Source: Chrysomallon squamiferum (taxonomy: Eukaryota > Animalia > Mollusca). From it: 64,000 nucleotides of DNA. The first letter of the stretch is position 1, and each line of letters starts with the position of its first letter. The position numbers and the translations under genes were made by a program. The stretch spans positions 13,764,001 to 13,828,000 of the forward strand of contig CM022675.1 of assembly GCA_012295275.1 (NCBI GenBank), in the 5' to 3' direction. Below, in pieces: positions 12,401-27,862 of the stretch. The notes beneath the pieces were generated by a model. The model worked only from the letters and a program-made list of their open reading frames with translations. It had not been told where the DNA came from and made no database searches.

Positions 12401-13463
12401 TATGTTAGCGAGTATTTTTTTGTCTATATCAGTTAGTGAGTATTTTATTGCTTGTGTGAGTTAGTGAGCATTTTAATATATGTATTAGTGAGCATTTTAA
12501 TGTATGGGTTAGTTAGTTTTGAATAGGTGTGTCGGAGAATAACTCAATGTATGTGTGAATTAACGAGTATTTTAGTGTATTGCATAGTAGATGTGAGTTC
12601 CAGTAACTGGTATGTCACATGCTTTAGTGAGTGTTACTGGCTGTGATAGGTAAGTAAATTATTTTCTTTTCTAAACAAATTAACTAAATACTTAATAATA
12701 ATGGCAATCAAAGTAGAATTTTAATGTTAATTCAAAGCAGTACATACCACAGTGTTTTCCGATCCAAGGCGACTTACATTTACAGTTCGTGCAGTTGTCA
12801 ATCGGTTTGCCTCTGTCGTTACAGTTCCATTCACACTGGCTTGTGTTAGACAAGATTTCTGCAAGTTATACATAGACTGAACAGACAAGATTTCTTCAAA
12901 TTATATATGGAGTTAACAGACAAGATTTCTATAAGTTATACAGGGAGTTAACAGAAAGATTTCTACAAGTTATACATAGACTGAACAGACAAGATTTCTT
13001 CAAGTTATACATAGACTGAACAGACAAGATTTCTACAAGTTATACATAGACTGAACAGACAAGATTTCTTCAAGTTATACATAGACTGAACAGACAAGAT
13101 TTCTATAAGTTATACATAGACTGAACAGACAAGATTTCTTCAAGTTATACATAGACTGAACAGACAAGATTTCTATAAGTTATACATAGACTGAACAGAC
13201 AAGATTTCTATAAGTTATACATAGACTGAACAGACAAGATTTCTGCAAGTTATACAAAGAGTGAACAGACAAGATTTCTACAAATTATACATAGACTGAA
13301 CAGACGAGATGTCTATAAGTTTTTGTAGACTTAACAGGCAATGTTTATGTAATTTCATATCTTTGATATCGCTTTGGAAAAATTAGAAATGTAACATTAA
13401 CTTACCCTGAGACGAACTGCCAAACAAGGTGAACATAACAATAACCCGAAGTATTAACCACAT
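9471..13463 (-). CDS. Secreted cysteine-rich protein, 167 aa: signal peptide, 2 EGF-like, 2 ShK-like modules
   Basis: Five exons joined by phase-1 GT-AG introns: 13463-13406 (MWLILRVIVMFTLFGSSSQ), 12858-12748 (EILSNTSQCEWNCNDRGKPIDNCTNCKCKSPWIGKHC), 11738-11637 (DECPEMVCENQGTLVREACRCKCLTGYYGTTCDK), 10479-10372 (VCSKEQWKSIMIIRTRMCMKRHMLKRCRSSCQNCGS), 9595-9471 (EMSWKCRDKATKFCKRRMHRSLVRGKTRFCKTNKKVCPQKC-stop). The 504 nt are open. A likely 5'UTR donor (GAAG|GTAAG) near 13925 is conserved at about 2302. Confidence 0.8.
10150..10340. repeat. 30-32-bp minisatellite (aatattgactaaatcagagtgatattg..)
   Basis: About 6 copies, in the intron just past the 10372 donor. Confidence 0.9.
10555..11646. repeat. 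17-bp minisatellite derived from the EGF2 exon donor junction
   Basis: Unit acacctacacttgtcac (minus strand GTGACAAG(T/G)GTAGGTGT) matches the real junction TGTGACAAGG|GTAGGTG at 11637. About 60 copies. Confidence 0.9.
12850..13315. repeat. 35-bp minisatellite derived from the EGF1 exon acceptor junction
   Basis: About 13 copies of minus-strand TATAACTTG(C/T/A)AG|AAATCTTGTCT. The functional acceptor is the last copy, at 12859/12858. Confidence 0.9.
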
Positions 13464-13817
13464 CTGTGAATGAATGAATAGACACACATAAAATAAATAC
13501 ATATATGAATAAATAAGTAAATAAGTAAGTAAGAAAACAAAAACACAAACAAAAAAAATAAATAAATAAATACATAAACAAATAAATATATAAACAAATT
13601 AACAAATAAATGTATAAACAAATTAAATAAATAAATAAACAAACAAATGAACAAAAAACAAATAAGTTAGTAAATAAATAAGTAAATAATATCTGGATGT
13701 ATGTATGTGTGTGTACGCACGTATGTGTGTATGTAAAACATTAGCGAATGTGTATTTAACAAAATATAAATATGTATGTGTTTCTGTGTATGTATGTCTA
13801 TGTGTGTACGATACAAA

Positions 13818-13871
<54 letters not shown>

Positions 13872-14670
13872 TTAAAAATAAAAGGATCTGTATGGACAAT
13901 ACTAAAAATAAAAGTGGCCCTTACCTTCAACATCATTTTGTAAAAAAACCCACAGTTATTACGTTTTTTATATCGATTTCATTTTTTAGTATGATATTAT
14001 GAAAGTCACTAATATTCCTAGGCGTTTATTTTAGTTGTCACATGCGTGCAGACACAAAGTTATAACACCTGTACGCATAATTATGTGATTTATGTCACAT
14101 CCAACCAACTTGCACGCTGATATGGATATTTATATAAAAAGTATTAATGAATATACATGTACAAATCTGTATGAACATTTTAACAGAGACTGAACAGATT
14201 ATATTTGTTTTTCCTTTTTTTCTTTCCTTTTTAAATTTTATTTTATTTTATTTTATTTTATTTTATTTTATTTTATTTTATTTTTTTTTTTTTTTATTTT
14301 ATTTATTTACTTTTTTATTTTTTTTTTTATTTTTTTATTTTACCATTGAAAGAGATTATAGATTTTACACAACATTGGAGATTATATTCAGTTTTAAAAC
14401 AGTTCAGAGATTTCGCTGTTTCTCTACAGACAAAAGAAACTGTGTTGTATTATACAAAGTGAAAGAATAAAACCTTTCTGCCACACCCCACATTCCAGCG
14501 TACTGCCAAGACAACGCTTCGGCCGACTCTGTGAATGTTCAGTTCCTTAATTTTTAGATTTTCTTTTATCAAATATTAATAGATATAGAAGAAATTTAAA
14601 AAAAAAAATAAAAAATAAATAAATAAAATACTGATATATAATGATGACGATGATGACAGCAATAATAATA

Positions 14671-14715
<45 letters not shown>

Positions 14716-15696
14716 TAATAAAAATTAAAATAATAATAATAAAAACAACAGTAATATAAATAAATAAATAATAAAATAAAATAAAATTTGATAAACCTGT
14801 TGCTGAAGTGTCTGCCATTTCAGACTAAAATTTTGTCAGAATCAAACAGAAAAATCACAGACATTCAACTGAACAAAATAATCGAGCAGACGGTCTTTCA
14901 GCCGTTTTGAAAAATATCCTGTTTATCTTTTATCAAAACATTTTGAAAATTAAATAACAAAACCAAAATATGAATGTCAAAACATGATATTTCTTCCAGG
15001 TTACTTGCACGGAAGAAAAATACAGTTAAAAAGACACGCTGAAAACCTACTGGGTCACTAGCGTTATGCAACGAGAACGGCGTTATTCCATTGTTCTATG
15101 AATGCTTAATATCTCAGTCAAATTGAAAACTAAAAATCGGTAGCATTTTGTATAAACAAAATGTATCTTGTTTAATTCTTAATGGAATTTTGGTGAAATA
15201 ATATTGCAATCAACAATTAATATCCAATAATAATAAAAATTAATAATAAATCATAGAATAATAAAAAATTAATAATAATAATAATAAGTAAGGTAAAATG
15301 TTAGAAATAATATTACATAATAAAATAATACTATTAAAAAAAAAATTTAGGCTAAAAAAAAAAAAAAAAAAAAAAAAAATAAACAGTTGCTGATTTACAT
15401 TTTATTATGGATAAATGTTCTTAAATTTCACCAGTTATGATAAAAACAGTAGGCAAAACATTCACAGTTTTGTAGGCCATCAGATGGCAAACAAAATATT
15501 CAAGTGGTCAAAATTTATTGACGGTGCCTGTAATCAATTAAAGTAATAACGGGGTCGATTTTAAATCATTTATTACCTGGCAAAATGATGCCTTGTACAT
15601 ATTAACAACAACAGTTATTTATATACAATATATGAAATAAATAACAACAACAGTTATTGATGATGATATATGATGACGATGATGACAACAACAGTT

Positions 15697-15756
<60 letters not shown>

Positions 15757-16187
15757 AATAAATAAACAAAACAGTTATTTATAATGGCAATATATGACTT
15801 GTACATATTAACAACAACAGTTATTTATAATGGAGATAAAAGTTCTTAAATTTCAACAACAGTTATTTAATAATCAATATATGACTTGTACATATTAACA
15901 AAACAGTTATTTAACAGGAAAAACATTCACAGTTTTGTCATTAACAAAAAAGTCAGATAACCAAATAAAAATATTCAAGTCCGTCACGATTTATTTAAGT
16001 ACTGTAAACAATTAAAGTAATAAAACAGGAAATATGTTAAATCATTTATTAACTGGCAATATATGACTTGTACATATTAACAACAATAGTTATTTATAAT
16101 GGCAATATATCCATGCAAACAAAACTTTAAAAATCACGTTTCGTTCAATATCATCTGTGATTTATTTCATTTGACTTTTTTACTTGG

Positions 16188-16256
<69 letters not shown>

Positions 16257-16893
16257 TATTTACACATATATTATTATTATTATGATTATTATTATTATTA
16301 TTGTTATATTATTAAGATGTATAGTTGTTGATACATCAAGGGAGACAACTCTGTTTTGTGTCAGAGAAGAACTGGCAGACATCGTTTAGTCTTTCTTAAC
16401 TCCCCTTGATTACGTCCCTTGACTCATCACTGACTCCTAAATACAGTTCATAACACTTCCCTGTTTCGTATTTTCTTTCTTTCTTTCTTTATTTCTTTAT
16501 TTATTTTTTATTTGTGTGATTTCTTTATTTATTATTATTTTTTTGTTTTTGTTTTTCATTTATATTTCTTTTACAGTTTTTCTGCAAATTAATAGTTTGT
16601 TGAATTAATTTTGACCCACCACATAACGAAATAATAAAACCAAAATTCTCCTCATGTCGCTAGAAATTCGTGGAACTTCCCAGTACCTCAGTTCTGTAGA
16701 AGCGATTCCAAAGACAGAAAACAAATCAGAAAATCAGAAAAAGAAATACGTGACTGTTCATCAGAAGTTTTACACAAAACAGAAAAAACACAGTTCACTT
16801 GTTATTTAAAAGAAACGAAAATAAATAAATAAATAAAATAATTATTTTAATTATTTAAATTTTTGTGTGATTATGATGATGATGATGATGATG

Positions 16894-16938
<45 letters not shown>

Positions 16939-16948
16939 TTTATTATTT

Positions 16949-16979
<31 letters not shown>

Positions 16980-17360
16980 TATTATTTATTTATTTATTTT
17001 ATCCTAGTCGGTGATATTCATGCGGTTATCCATTGGCGTATTTGTTATTAATTTTCTAACATTCAAGTCGTTTCTGTCTGTGATAGTCTCCCTTTAACTG
17101 GTCTATTATCTACTGATTCTTTTTATTCATAGAATTTGTCCTCGTTACGAAACGAGTTCAGGCAGTACACGCTGTATATGTGCGAGTCGTGCGACAGACA
17201 CGCCTCTATCCTGTCAGAAAGTCTGTCTGTCAAACACGTGTTCACAACAGCTCGCTCTGATTGGCACGTTAATCTTTTCCACTCCCACGTCCACTGTGCG
17301 ACTGAAAAACTGCCTGGGTGTTTTGTTTGTTTGTTTGTTGTTGGTTTTTGTTTGTTGGTT

Positions 17361-17458
<98 letters not shown>

Positions 17459-17673
17459 GAATTAAAAAATAACAACAACAAACCAAGTTAATTTTTACTC
17501 GTAGTCAGTCGTTTTCAGTGTTTCTCTGATTTCACCAGAAGTGTGCGTGCGTGTGGAAATTATTTTATTGTTGTTGATGTTCTATTCCTTGCAATTTGGT
17601 CAACTGGTCCATATTTTTTTATTATTTATTTATTTATTTATTTTTTTATTATTATTTTTATTTATTTAGTATT

Positions 17674-17716
<43 letters not shown>

Positions 17717-18059
17717 GATTTCTCTCACCTTTTACAATCCACGTCACCGAAATCTGTCAACAAAATTGTCAAAGAAGAAGAAGACATTAACAGCAATATC
17801 AAATATATCAATACTGTAACATTGCCACAGGATCTGTCAATAACACAAGAAAAGACTCCTCATGTCTTTGGAACGGGATAAACATTGGAGAGCTCACATA
17901 CAGATAACAGTTTATATATAAAAATTTTTTTTAAATCTCAGGTATAGATAACAAACTGTGTCATTTCACTAACTATTTTTACTTGAAGACAATTAGAAAT
18001 GGGACATATGTGACAAACCGGTCGCAATACACAGGTGGTTGTTGTAGAGAGGTCTGTGT

Positions 18060-20045
<1,986 letters not shown>

Positions 20046-20101
20046 GATTTACCTCGACTGACCACAAAGAACCGATTTGCAAGCTGAGCTGAGTGAAAAG
20101 G

Positions 20102-20107
20102 TTTATA
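20102..20107 (-). promoter_or_regulatory. Putative TATA box of the His-rich gene
   Basis: Minus-strand TATAAA about 57 nt upstream of the ATG at 20045. Confidence 0.5.
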
Positions 20108-20779
20108 TTGATAAAACAGTGACCTTGCGTTTATGTGAATATGATAAAAACGTGAAAACTCAGGTAATCTTTGTGAACGTTTGCATGTGTGAAAAAACAC
20201 GTGTTTTTATCAAACTGATAACCTAGCAAAAAAAATCATAAAATGATTGTTCGGGGTTTTTTTAATTTAAAAAATAAAAAAATATTAATATGTAAAGATT
20301 TAAAAGTATTAAGTAAAAAATAAGAAGAAAGAAAGAAAAAAGAAGAAAAAAGAAAAAGAAAAAAGAAAAAAAGAAAGAAAGAATGAAAAAGAGAAAAAAA
20401 TTTGAAAAAGAAGAAGAAAATAGTTGAAATCGGATTTAAAATAATAGAAAGTTCTAATTAAAATTGCTTCATAATATTAGAAAGCAAATTGTTTATTAAA
20501 ATATAATTATCTTGTTTCTTATGTTGTGTTTCCCTGTTTATGGGAAGGCAGTGATTTCTAGTTACAGCCTGAAAAAGAATAAACATTGCGTGTCTGGTTT
20601 CCTCTCTTGTCAAGAATGTCCGATGACGTAGGTGTGACAGCTGAGACAAGAATTCCACCCACCCCCCGTCCTTAGAAACAGACAAGTGAAAGAAGTGAGC
20701 TTGTTAAAATACACAGTATAATAATAATAATAATAATAATGTTAAAAACAGTAATAATAATAATAATAACAACAATAAC

Positions 20780-20818
<39 letters not shown>

Positions 20819-22299
20819 TTTAATTAATAAAAACACAACAATAATTAATAAAAAAATAATAATAAAGCAATTTTGTTTCATTGAATACATGTGACTAGGT
20901 TTTGTTTTTTAGAAAAACTATATTCCAGTTTTTCTTAAACCATTGGTATAATAACTGTACAGTGTTCACAATTAGCAATAAAAACTGATACAGTTCACAT
21001 TTTTTTTTCTACTCTTTTCTCTGTCTTTCTGCAAGATTCTTCTCATTCTTCATATCTTTGGATAAATTGGTACTCCATTTTTTTTATTAATTTTGTTTTG
21101 TTGTTCCTTTGTTTGTTTATTATTAATTAATTTATTTATTATTTGTTTGTTTTTGTTTGGTTGGTTGGTTTTTTGTTTGTTTGTTTATTAATTCGCTTAT
21201 TTATTTATTTATTTTCTCTCTTATTTACTTGTTCACTTATTTGTTAATATATAGAAATATCTTTTTTATCATTTTTTTTTATAGTCTATATTAACATCTG
21301 TTATTTACTTCTTCTGTTTTTTTGCTTTATACACACACACACACATCACACACACACACATACATACATACATACATACATACATAATGATATTATTGAA
21401 TTCAATTGGATTTCTTTGCAGTTTAAGAATATCTTGATTTATGGGATAAAAAAAGACACACAGGTGTGGGTTGGTGACGCAATCATTCTGATAAAAACAA
21501 AAATCAGTAATTTATTCTAACCTTCCCTTAGTGGGGGGAGGGTTAATTATAGAAGGGACCGGACGATGTCCACTGGGCTAAAATCATTTCTTTGCGGATG
21601 AAAAGTATTAGACAAGCAGTATAAAGAGGTGTAGTAAGTGTACGACATCCTTTTACGACTTTTGGTGGCGAATTCTCGTAAATACTCATCTGTGTCGTAA
21701 TATTGTGAGTCAGTATCTAGCAGTGGAGTGTACGGAATGCGTATATTCGATCATACCATGCGGTTTATTGGTGTTGTTGTTGTTCTTTGTCTGGTTTTTT
21801 CTTCGATATTTTCTTTTTCTTAATATCGAGTGTAATGCAGTTAAAAATATAGTTTTCTTCTTTTTATCTTTCCTTCTTTCTTTTAACACTTTTTTTTTTT
21901 GTTCTTTTATCTTTACTGTTGGTATATGACCAACTTTACAGTGTATAACAATTATCGTTACAGTGTGTACAATTATATGTACAACGTATATAATTATCTG
22001 TGCAATGTGTACAATTCTCTGTACTTGTGCAATGTCTGTAAGGTGTATGACATTTATCTGTGCATGTTGTAAAATTATCTGTAGAGTGAGTACAAATATC
22101 TGTACAATATGTCAATAATCTACAAAGTGCTGAAAAACGTTTTGGTGAATAACAATGATAAAATAATAATAAACCAATACATAATAAAATGTATTTAATA
22201 TAATTGAATTATTGAATGTATTATATCAGTTTATGTGTATTATATATACACATATAATTCTTAAAATTCATTTGGAGATCATGAAATAAATGAATAAAC

Positions 22300-22377
<78 letters not shown>

Positions 22378-22423
22378 ATTCTGTTCATCTGAAGAAGTTC
22401 TCTCGAGCCAAGTAAAACTGTTT

Positions 22424-25411
22424 CTAAAACTTGTTGTCAATTCTGGGTGTTTCTAGAGGATCTGTCGAGTTCTGTTCAGACAAACTCGCCTCTATGCTCT
22501 CACCAAGATTACGTCCGAACACAAACACATTCGGCTCACAGTTTGGCATTTTCATCTCGGGCGGGTCGTAGCCACGAATATAGCGACACCTAGCAACGTC
22601 ACCCCAAATCTTTTTTTCTTCTTCACTCATCTTAGGCAGTTTAGTGACGTCATCTTTCGAAGTGGCCTCATCGCAAGGGTTACCGCGATACGTGTTTGGT
22701 ACCATGTAGCGTCCAGAATCAGCCTCCCCTGTGTATTCGTCCACAAAGGTCACGTTGATTTCGCTGTTCGGGTGATTCCAGCTGCCACGTCGGGTGTGTA
22801 AGTATTTCTGGTTTGAAATGTTGCCGCTGCTGAAACTTGCCCTTCTGTCTCTGCCTTTTGAAGCGTTTGCTTTGAGGCTGTTTTCAATCACGTGTTTGGG
22901 GATGACACTCCCGTTGGGAGGCAAGGACATTCGACGTCCTGACCTAGCGTACGACGGAAGACGGTTTTCCAAACTGAGAGCATCAACTGAGTGAAACTCA
23001 CGTCCGTCGCCTCCCTCTTCCTCTAGATTTAAAATATCAACCTGTCCCTGGGGATTTCGGCTCGATTCCGACGTGGTGTTTTCTAACTTCAGTTTGTTTA
23101 TCTCAGACGCAGAGGAAAACCCGTCGACTTCGGAAATGTCTTCCAAACTTCTCCGTCTCTCGCCATGCTGGTTTTCCTTGCCGTATACCCCCAGCTTCGA
23201 CCTTTGCAGGAACTGCTGAAACTCCGCGTTCACGTCCGGTTCGAGCAGACGACAGCCCTGGTTGGAAAGGTCGCCGGCTCCGAGACGCGACAACGTCAAG
23301 TCCGCAGTCGGCTCGGACTGTCGTCTGCGCGAGTAGCTGTACGTGTTGGTGCCGCTGTTCCGCTCCAGCCGCTCAGTGTGAGGCTGCCGGGCGCCCACGT
23401 GCTTGGACAGCAACAACGACTGCTGAATATCAACTTCCGGTAATGTTCCTCTGCGTGCAGTGGCTGGAATTTGAAAAAAAAAAAAAAGAAGAAGAAAGCA
23501 AATCAGATTAAATACAATTTAGTTTTTACCGTTACATTTACTTCGGACCTTAAATTGCTCCAGTGATGTTAATGTTTGAAGATTATAATTAGTAAACTGG
23601 TATTTATTCATTAAATCTATCTTTCAGAGTTAGTATGTTAGTCACATTATATAGCCAGCCAGTGAGGAAGTTAGATATTCACAGTCACCATGTTAGTTAA
23701 GTAAGATGTGTCCGGTCAGCCAGTGTAACTAGACAGAGAAACTAGTGTAAGTGAGACCGCTAGAACGTTAGTCATTCACCCGCTTAGTGACTGCCTCGGA
23801 TTCACTGAGTTATATAGTAACATAGCTATATAGTCACTTAGTTATATAGCCATTTAATTTTATAGTCATTTAGTTACATAGTCACTTAGTTATATAGCCA
23901 TTTAATTTTATAGTCATTTTGTTGTATAGTCACTTAGTTATATAGCCGTTTAATTTTATAGTCTTTTAGTTATACAGTCACTTAGTTATATAGTCATTAA
24001 GTTATATAGTGAGTTAGTTATATAGTAGCTTAGTTATATAGACACTTAGTTATATAGTCACTTAGTTACATAGTCACTTAGTTATATAGTAAGTTAGTTA
24101 TATAGTAGCTTTGTTTTATAGTCACTTAGTTATATAGTCACTAAGTAATATAGTAAGGTGATATAGTTCCAGACTATCTTTTTAACACTGTTTGCTGTTC
24201 TAATTATAAGACTTGTTTTAATTTTTCCCTTTTTATTTGTAAAAGAGTATATTGTTCGCATGTAAGTGTGAATGTGTGTTACCATCTACATGAAAATGTG
24301 TATGTATAATAATGTGTGTGTATATATACTAACATTTATGTTTATTATTATTATTATTATTATTATTACTACTACTACTAGTACTGTTATTATTATTGTT
24401 GTTGTTGTTGTTTGTTTTGTTGTTGTCACTTATTACTTATTTTTATTACATGCATTTTTTTTCCTATTCTAACACTTCTGTTGTTTACTCGTGTAACTTC
24501 GCTGGCTTCTTTGCGATCAGCTAATAAATCAGATTACTGTATATCGATCATATATCATAATAAATTCATCTTTATAGCCTGCGACACTCATTCACAGGAC
24601 TTTTGTGTCGTGATCTAGCTGTGCTATCGATTCCTATTTATAAGTCGGTTTATTCAAGCCATTTATTAGCAATAATCAACTCCGTCGTAACTACAGCCAT
24701 AGAAAAGTTATTTATAGCACAGTGTAGAGAAATAAACATTTTCTCTGAACATTTGTTAACAGTGTTTATACATATCACTACGGTAATATATATATATATA
24801 TATAAATTGTCAGAACGAACCATGTGTTAGTGTTAATTTCGAAAAGTTAAACTTTCAATATACGTTTTATCGTGAGTTACGAATTTTTTTTACTCTGTCT
24901 ACATGTCTTTATTATGTTATTTAGAAGTCTTTACTATTTTCTGAAGCTTTACTAACTGTTTATACACCTTTATTCTGTTTTCAAGAGTTACATACACATA
25001 CGTACTAATACACATAGACATATACCAAGATATATACCTATGTACATTATACCTCGCCTAAATACACACAGAGCTTTTTGTCTAATCTTTTCTGTATGAA
25101 TTAGTTCGATTGCAAATGTTGCATGTGTTCATGTTTGTGATTTCTATTTACGTATATTTCTGATATATCTACTTATTTTTCTATGTATGCGTCCGTAGTC
25201 ACGTACGTTTGGGTGTATGTACGTGGGCGTTTCAGGTTTGGTGTAACTTACGTTTTTTTCTTGGCGAGCCGAGTCCTCTGAGATCTTTGTGGATGTCTCT
25301 GACGTCCTCTTTACGAAAGCTGTCCAGCTGAGCGTGCTGCTTGTCCAGGTCCCCCTGGTGCTTGGCCAGCACCTTCTTAGCCACGAAGTGTCTTTTCAGA
25401 GTCCAAGACAT
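22424..25411 (-). CDS. Uncharacterised 399-aa protein with a helical N-terminus, many RRxS/T motifs and a C-terminal CRYIR motif
   Basis: Exon 1 is 25411-25252 (MSWTLKRHFVAKK...SPRKK, C|GTAAG). Exon 2 is 23463-22424 (TTCCAG|CC), open for 1040 nt. Phases match and the total is 1200 nt. Confidence 0.85.
23810..24155. repeat. 16-bp minisatellite (tatatagtcacttagt)
   Basis: Seen directly. Confidence 0.9.
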
Positions 25412-26529
25412 AGCAACCAACAAGTAATAAACCAGAACCCAACGTTTGAGAAAAAACAGACAAGAACGTTCTGTCTTCAACGCACTCTTATAACAGAAAT
25501 ATGATGATCGCTTATTAAGAAATCAATCCTTTCTGAAATTTAGTTTTTTCTCCCGCAGTCTGTCATAGTTTATTTCATTCCACGTTACAGAGTTAATCGT
25601 GAATTTCTGATTTTTCGAACTTAGTTGTAATTCCATTTAACGTTATAAATTTTATCGTAATTTTCTGATTTTCATTTCACGTCAGTCGTAGTTTTCACAG
25701 CTCCACACACCCCACCATGTGCTACACTGAGATCTATTTTTACTAAAACCCCTAACCAGGCTGCATCGATCATCAGCGATTGTCTTTCACACAAACTTTT
25801 CACTTTCTTCTGACATTATTTCTGCCACTGTAACGAATAACACTATGACGTTCATTATCTCCCTTGTTACACACATGTCTACAGAAGAATGCCAGTTCTT
25901 TGATTACTCGACGTATTGAAGTCAGAAGTATATTCCACCACAGAATCGCCTCTCCCTGCTTCCATTATGCTTTACTAATGCACCGAATTTCATACCAGTT
26001 GAAAAGAACATAACAGTGCGGCATAACGCTTTGTGGGAAAGGGAAAACAACTTTTCTGGTGACAAAACGACAAAGAATACGTTTTTCAGCCAAAGACTCG
26101 TCGCATTGTTAGACTGCTGGCTCTGACAGGGCGCGTACAAAACGATATTAGTAGCGTTTCTGTATGGGTTTGTATTTCAATCGATTTTATATCAAATGTA
26201 TTTTATATCAACGACGGGCGTTAGTCGAAATTGTCACAGAAATAAGTCAGGTGATTTATTTCTTATTTCTCTTTCTTTCTTTATTTTTCATAGTCATACA
26301 AATTGTTTAACACCTATAGAATTAAACAAAAAAATAGTGAAGATAATACAGTTTTGCAGGTAAAGTAGTTCGTATATAATTGACGTACATAAGGAATATA
26401 TAAGTACAGACATACATATTTATGTTTGTAACTGACTGTTTTTAGAAACCAACCGTTCCCAATAATAAATGTAGTCATACAACTGTCTTGCAGTGTATGC
26501 ATGCTAAAATTGTTTTCAGATTCTCGTTT

Positions 26530-26818
<289 letters not shown>

Positions 26819-27051
26819 CAGGTCTTGAATATTTTCTATCCTATGTACGACTGATTAGACTCTGCAAATAGATAATTTTCGGGAGCGCACTATCACAGGA
26901 GGTCAAAGTTCAATCACGACCTGACAAAACCCGTCAAATGCATGTAAGTGATTGTGTATGCGAAGGCGGGTTTGTATGTGTTTATGTCTGCTTTTGGGTG
27001 TGCATGTGTGATTTGTGTGTGTATGCATGTATATATGTCTGTATGTATGTA

Positions 27052-27329
27052 CAGTGGTACCTCTGTCCATGAAAAGATGGAGAAACCGTAACCCTGTACA
27101 CTTTACAAAACCAATTAATTTCTTTACATTCTCTTTCATTTTTTTTTTTTATACAATATTTGTCATTTATACATACGTTTTTCTTATTTAAAAACACGTT
27201 ACAAAAATTTGGGTGGTTTTGGGGGGGCTGGAATTAATTTCATTTGCGAAAATGTATTTGATATACGAGCAAACTGAGTTACAAGCTCTGTCATGGAACG
27301 AACTAAACTCGTAAGTCAACGTACCACTG
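27052..27329. mobile_element. Possible pogo/Tigger-type MITE remnant
   Basis: TA|CAGTGGTACC at the left end and CGTAAGTCAACGTACCACTG at the right. The TIRs are short and imperfect and the right TA is not intact. Confidence 0.45.
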
Positions 27330-27348
27330 CATATGTATGGTACATGTG

Positions 27349-27411
<63 letters not shown>

Positions 27412-27751
27412 CGCGCACACACATGTTTCAAGGTTACCTCTACTCGTTCTCACGACATTATTAATATGTCTGAAACAACGTTGAAAAGAAACCAGTGATT
27501 TGAAACAGGAAGTTGTTTTTGATATACACGATGTCTTTGTTATAAACCGGTGTCATTTCTTTCTTAGTCACTGCTTACTTCTTAGCGTTTACTCGGATAC
27601 AACACTTCAACCACAGAAAAATGCGCTCGTTTTCCTAACACTAAAGGCATGCACTTGGATAACATTGTGTTGAAGAAGATAAACAAGAAAAAGAAGAGAA
27701 ATAAAATGCTTTGCTTTACTATAAGTTTATATGCTTCATAAGATTAGCAAT

Positions 27752-27862
<111 letters not shown>

